In this document: positions 4,778-5,938 of the stretch, piece by piece
How positions within the stretch are numbered: position 1 is the first letter of the stretch
Layout: each line of letters starts with the position of its first letter
DNA from: a virus
Lineage: Duplodnaviria > Heunggongvirae > Uroviricota > Caudoviricetes
DNA: 5,938 nucleotides
Reading direction: 5' to 3' (one strand)
IMG/VR virus record: IMGVR_UViG_2695420596_000010
Made by a program: the position numbers and the translations under genes
The notes under the pieces: generated by a model
What the model was told of the DNA's origin: nothing
The model's input: the letters and a program-made list of their open reading frames with translations, nothing else
Databases searched by the model: none

Positions 4778-5938
4778 ATGAACGCTTATTACATTCAGGA
4801 TCGTCTTGAGGCTCAGAGCTGGGCGCGTCACTACCAGCAGATCGCCCGTGAAGAGAAAGAGGCAGAACTGGCAGACGACATGGAAAAAGGCCTGCCCCAG
4901 CACCTGTTTGAATCGCTATGTATCGATCATTTGCAACGCCACGGGGCCAGCAAAAAAGCCATTAAAGAGTTTGGATTAGGCAGAGACAGGCGAATCGCAA
5001 TCACTGAAGCTATACAGGCCAACATTGAGTTATTTTCAGGACACAAACACAAGCCTCTGACAGCGAGAATCAACAGTGATAATTCCGTTACGTTACATTC
5101 ATGGCTTGATCGCTACGAAAAAATCCTGGCCAGCAGAGGAATCAAACAGAAGACACTCATAAATTACATGAGCAAAATTAAAGCAATAAGGAGGGGTCTG
5201 CCTGATGCTCCACTTGAAGACATCACCACAAAAGAAATTGCGGCAATGCTCAATGGATACATAAACGAGGGCAAGGCGGCGTCAGCCAAGTTAATCAGAT
5301 CAACACTGAGCGATGCATTCCGAGAGGCAATAGCTGAAGGCCATATAACAACAAACCCTGTCGCTGCCACTCGCGCAGCAAAATCAGAGGTAAGGAGATC
5401 AAGACTTACGGCTGACGAATACCTGAAAATTTATCAAGCAGCAGAATCATCACCATGTTGGCTCAGACTTGCAATGGAACTGGCTGTTGTTACCGGGCAA
5501 CGAGTTGGTGATTTATGCGAAATGAAGTGGTCTGATATCGTAGATGGATATCTTTATGTCGAGCAAAGCAAAACAGGCGTAAAAATTGCCATCCCAACAG
5601 CATTGCATGTTGATGCTCTCGGAATATCAATGAAGGAAACACTTGATAAATGCAAAGAGATTCTTGGCGGAGAAACCATAATTGCATCTACTCGTCGCGA
5701 ACCGCTTTCATCCGGCACAGTATCAAGGTATTTTATGCGCGCACGAAAAGCATCAGGTCTTTCCTTCGAAGGGGATCCGCCTACCTTTCACGAGTTGCGC
5801 AGTTTGTCTGCAAGACTCTATGAGAAGCAGATAAGCGATAAGTTTGCTCAACATCTTCTCGGGCATAAGTCGGACACCATGGCATCACAGTATCGTGATG
5901 ACAGAGGCAGGGAGTGGGACAAAATTGAAATCAAATAA
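4778..5938 (+). CDS. int: Tyrosine site-specific integrase, lambda Int family; catalytic region near-identical to lambda Int, N-terminal ~66 aa unrelated (chimeric)
   Basis: From [38 protein letters not shown]... to the C-terminal ...[49 protein letters not shown] the protein matches my recollection of lambda Int almost residue for residue, including the catalytic motifs (R in GQRVGDL, HELR, LLGH, tyrosine in SQYRDD). The first ~66 aa ([21 protein letters not shown]...) do not match the lambda Int arm-binding domain. AGGAG lies 7 nt upstream of the ATG. Confidence 0.9.
   Translation: MNAYYIQDRLEAQSWARHYQQIAREEKEAELADDMEKGLPQHLFESLCIDHLQRHGASKKAIKEFGLGRDRRIAITEAIQANIELFSGHKHKPLTARINSDNSVTLHSWLDRYEKILASRGIKQKTLINYMSKIKAIRRGLPDAPLEDITTKEIAAMLNGYINEGKAASAKLIRSTLSDAFREAIAEGHITTNPVAATRAAKSEVRRSRLTADEYLKIYQAAESSPCWLRLAMELAVVTGQRVGDLCEMKWSDIVDGYLYVEQSKTGVKIAIPTALHVDALGISMKETLDKCKEILGGETIIASTRREPLSSGTVSRYFMRARKASGLSFEGDPPTFHELRSLSARLYEKQISDKFAQHLLGHKSDTMASQYRDDRGREWDKIEIK

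Noticed and set aside
5164-5687. Minus-strand ORFs 5164..5370 and 5490..5687
   Set aside because: They are antisense to the integrase catalytic domain, whose coding frame is strongly supported by near-identity to lambda Int.
1-5938. CRISPR arrays, tRNA/rRNA genes, insertion-sequence inverted repeats
   Set aside because: The only regular repeats are the ori iterons, which lie inside a coding sequence and lack spacer-like unique units. No tRNA-like cloverleaf or transposase ORF was recognised.

Overview
The window reads as a compact, probably degraded lambdoid-type prophage immunity region, inverted relative to the conventional lambda map, carrying a three-gene toxin-antitoxin-chaperone (TAC) cargo module. 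Left to right: (1) the 5' part of a lambda-O-like replication initiator gene on the minus strand (1..678, running off the left edge), with an embedded origin of five dyad-symmetric ~19-bp iterons plus an adjacent AT-rich tract; (2) minus-strand YdaT/CII-like and YdaS/Cro-like regulator genes; (3) a ~100-bp divergent operator/promoter region with related dyad sites; (4) a plus-strand CI-like repressor with an HTH and a LexA-type S24 autopeptidase domain, probably translated from a leaderless mRNA; (5) in the position lambda uses for rexAB, an AT-rich three-gene operon encoding an MqsR-like toxin, an MqsA-like antitoxin with a long C-terminal extension, and a SecB-like chaperone, ending in an intrinsic terminator; (6) a second operator-controlled, pL-like promoter; (7) a small unknown ORF; and (8) a tyrosine integrase whose catalytic region matches lambda Int as I recall it, but whose N-terminal arm-binding segment is replaced by unrelated sequence. 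No xis, N or recombination genes are visible. All protein-family calls rest on motif recognition from memory, not on database searches, and no numbers here were computed by software.
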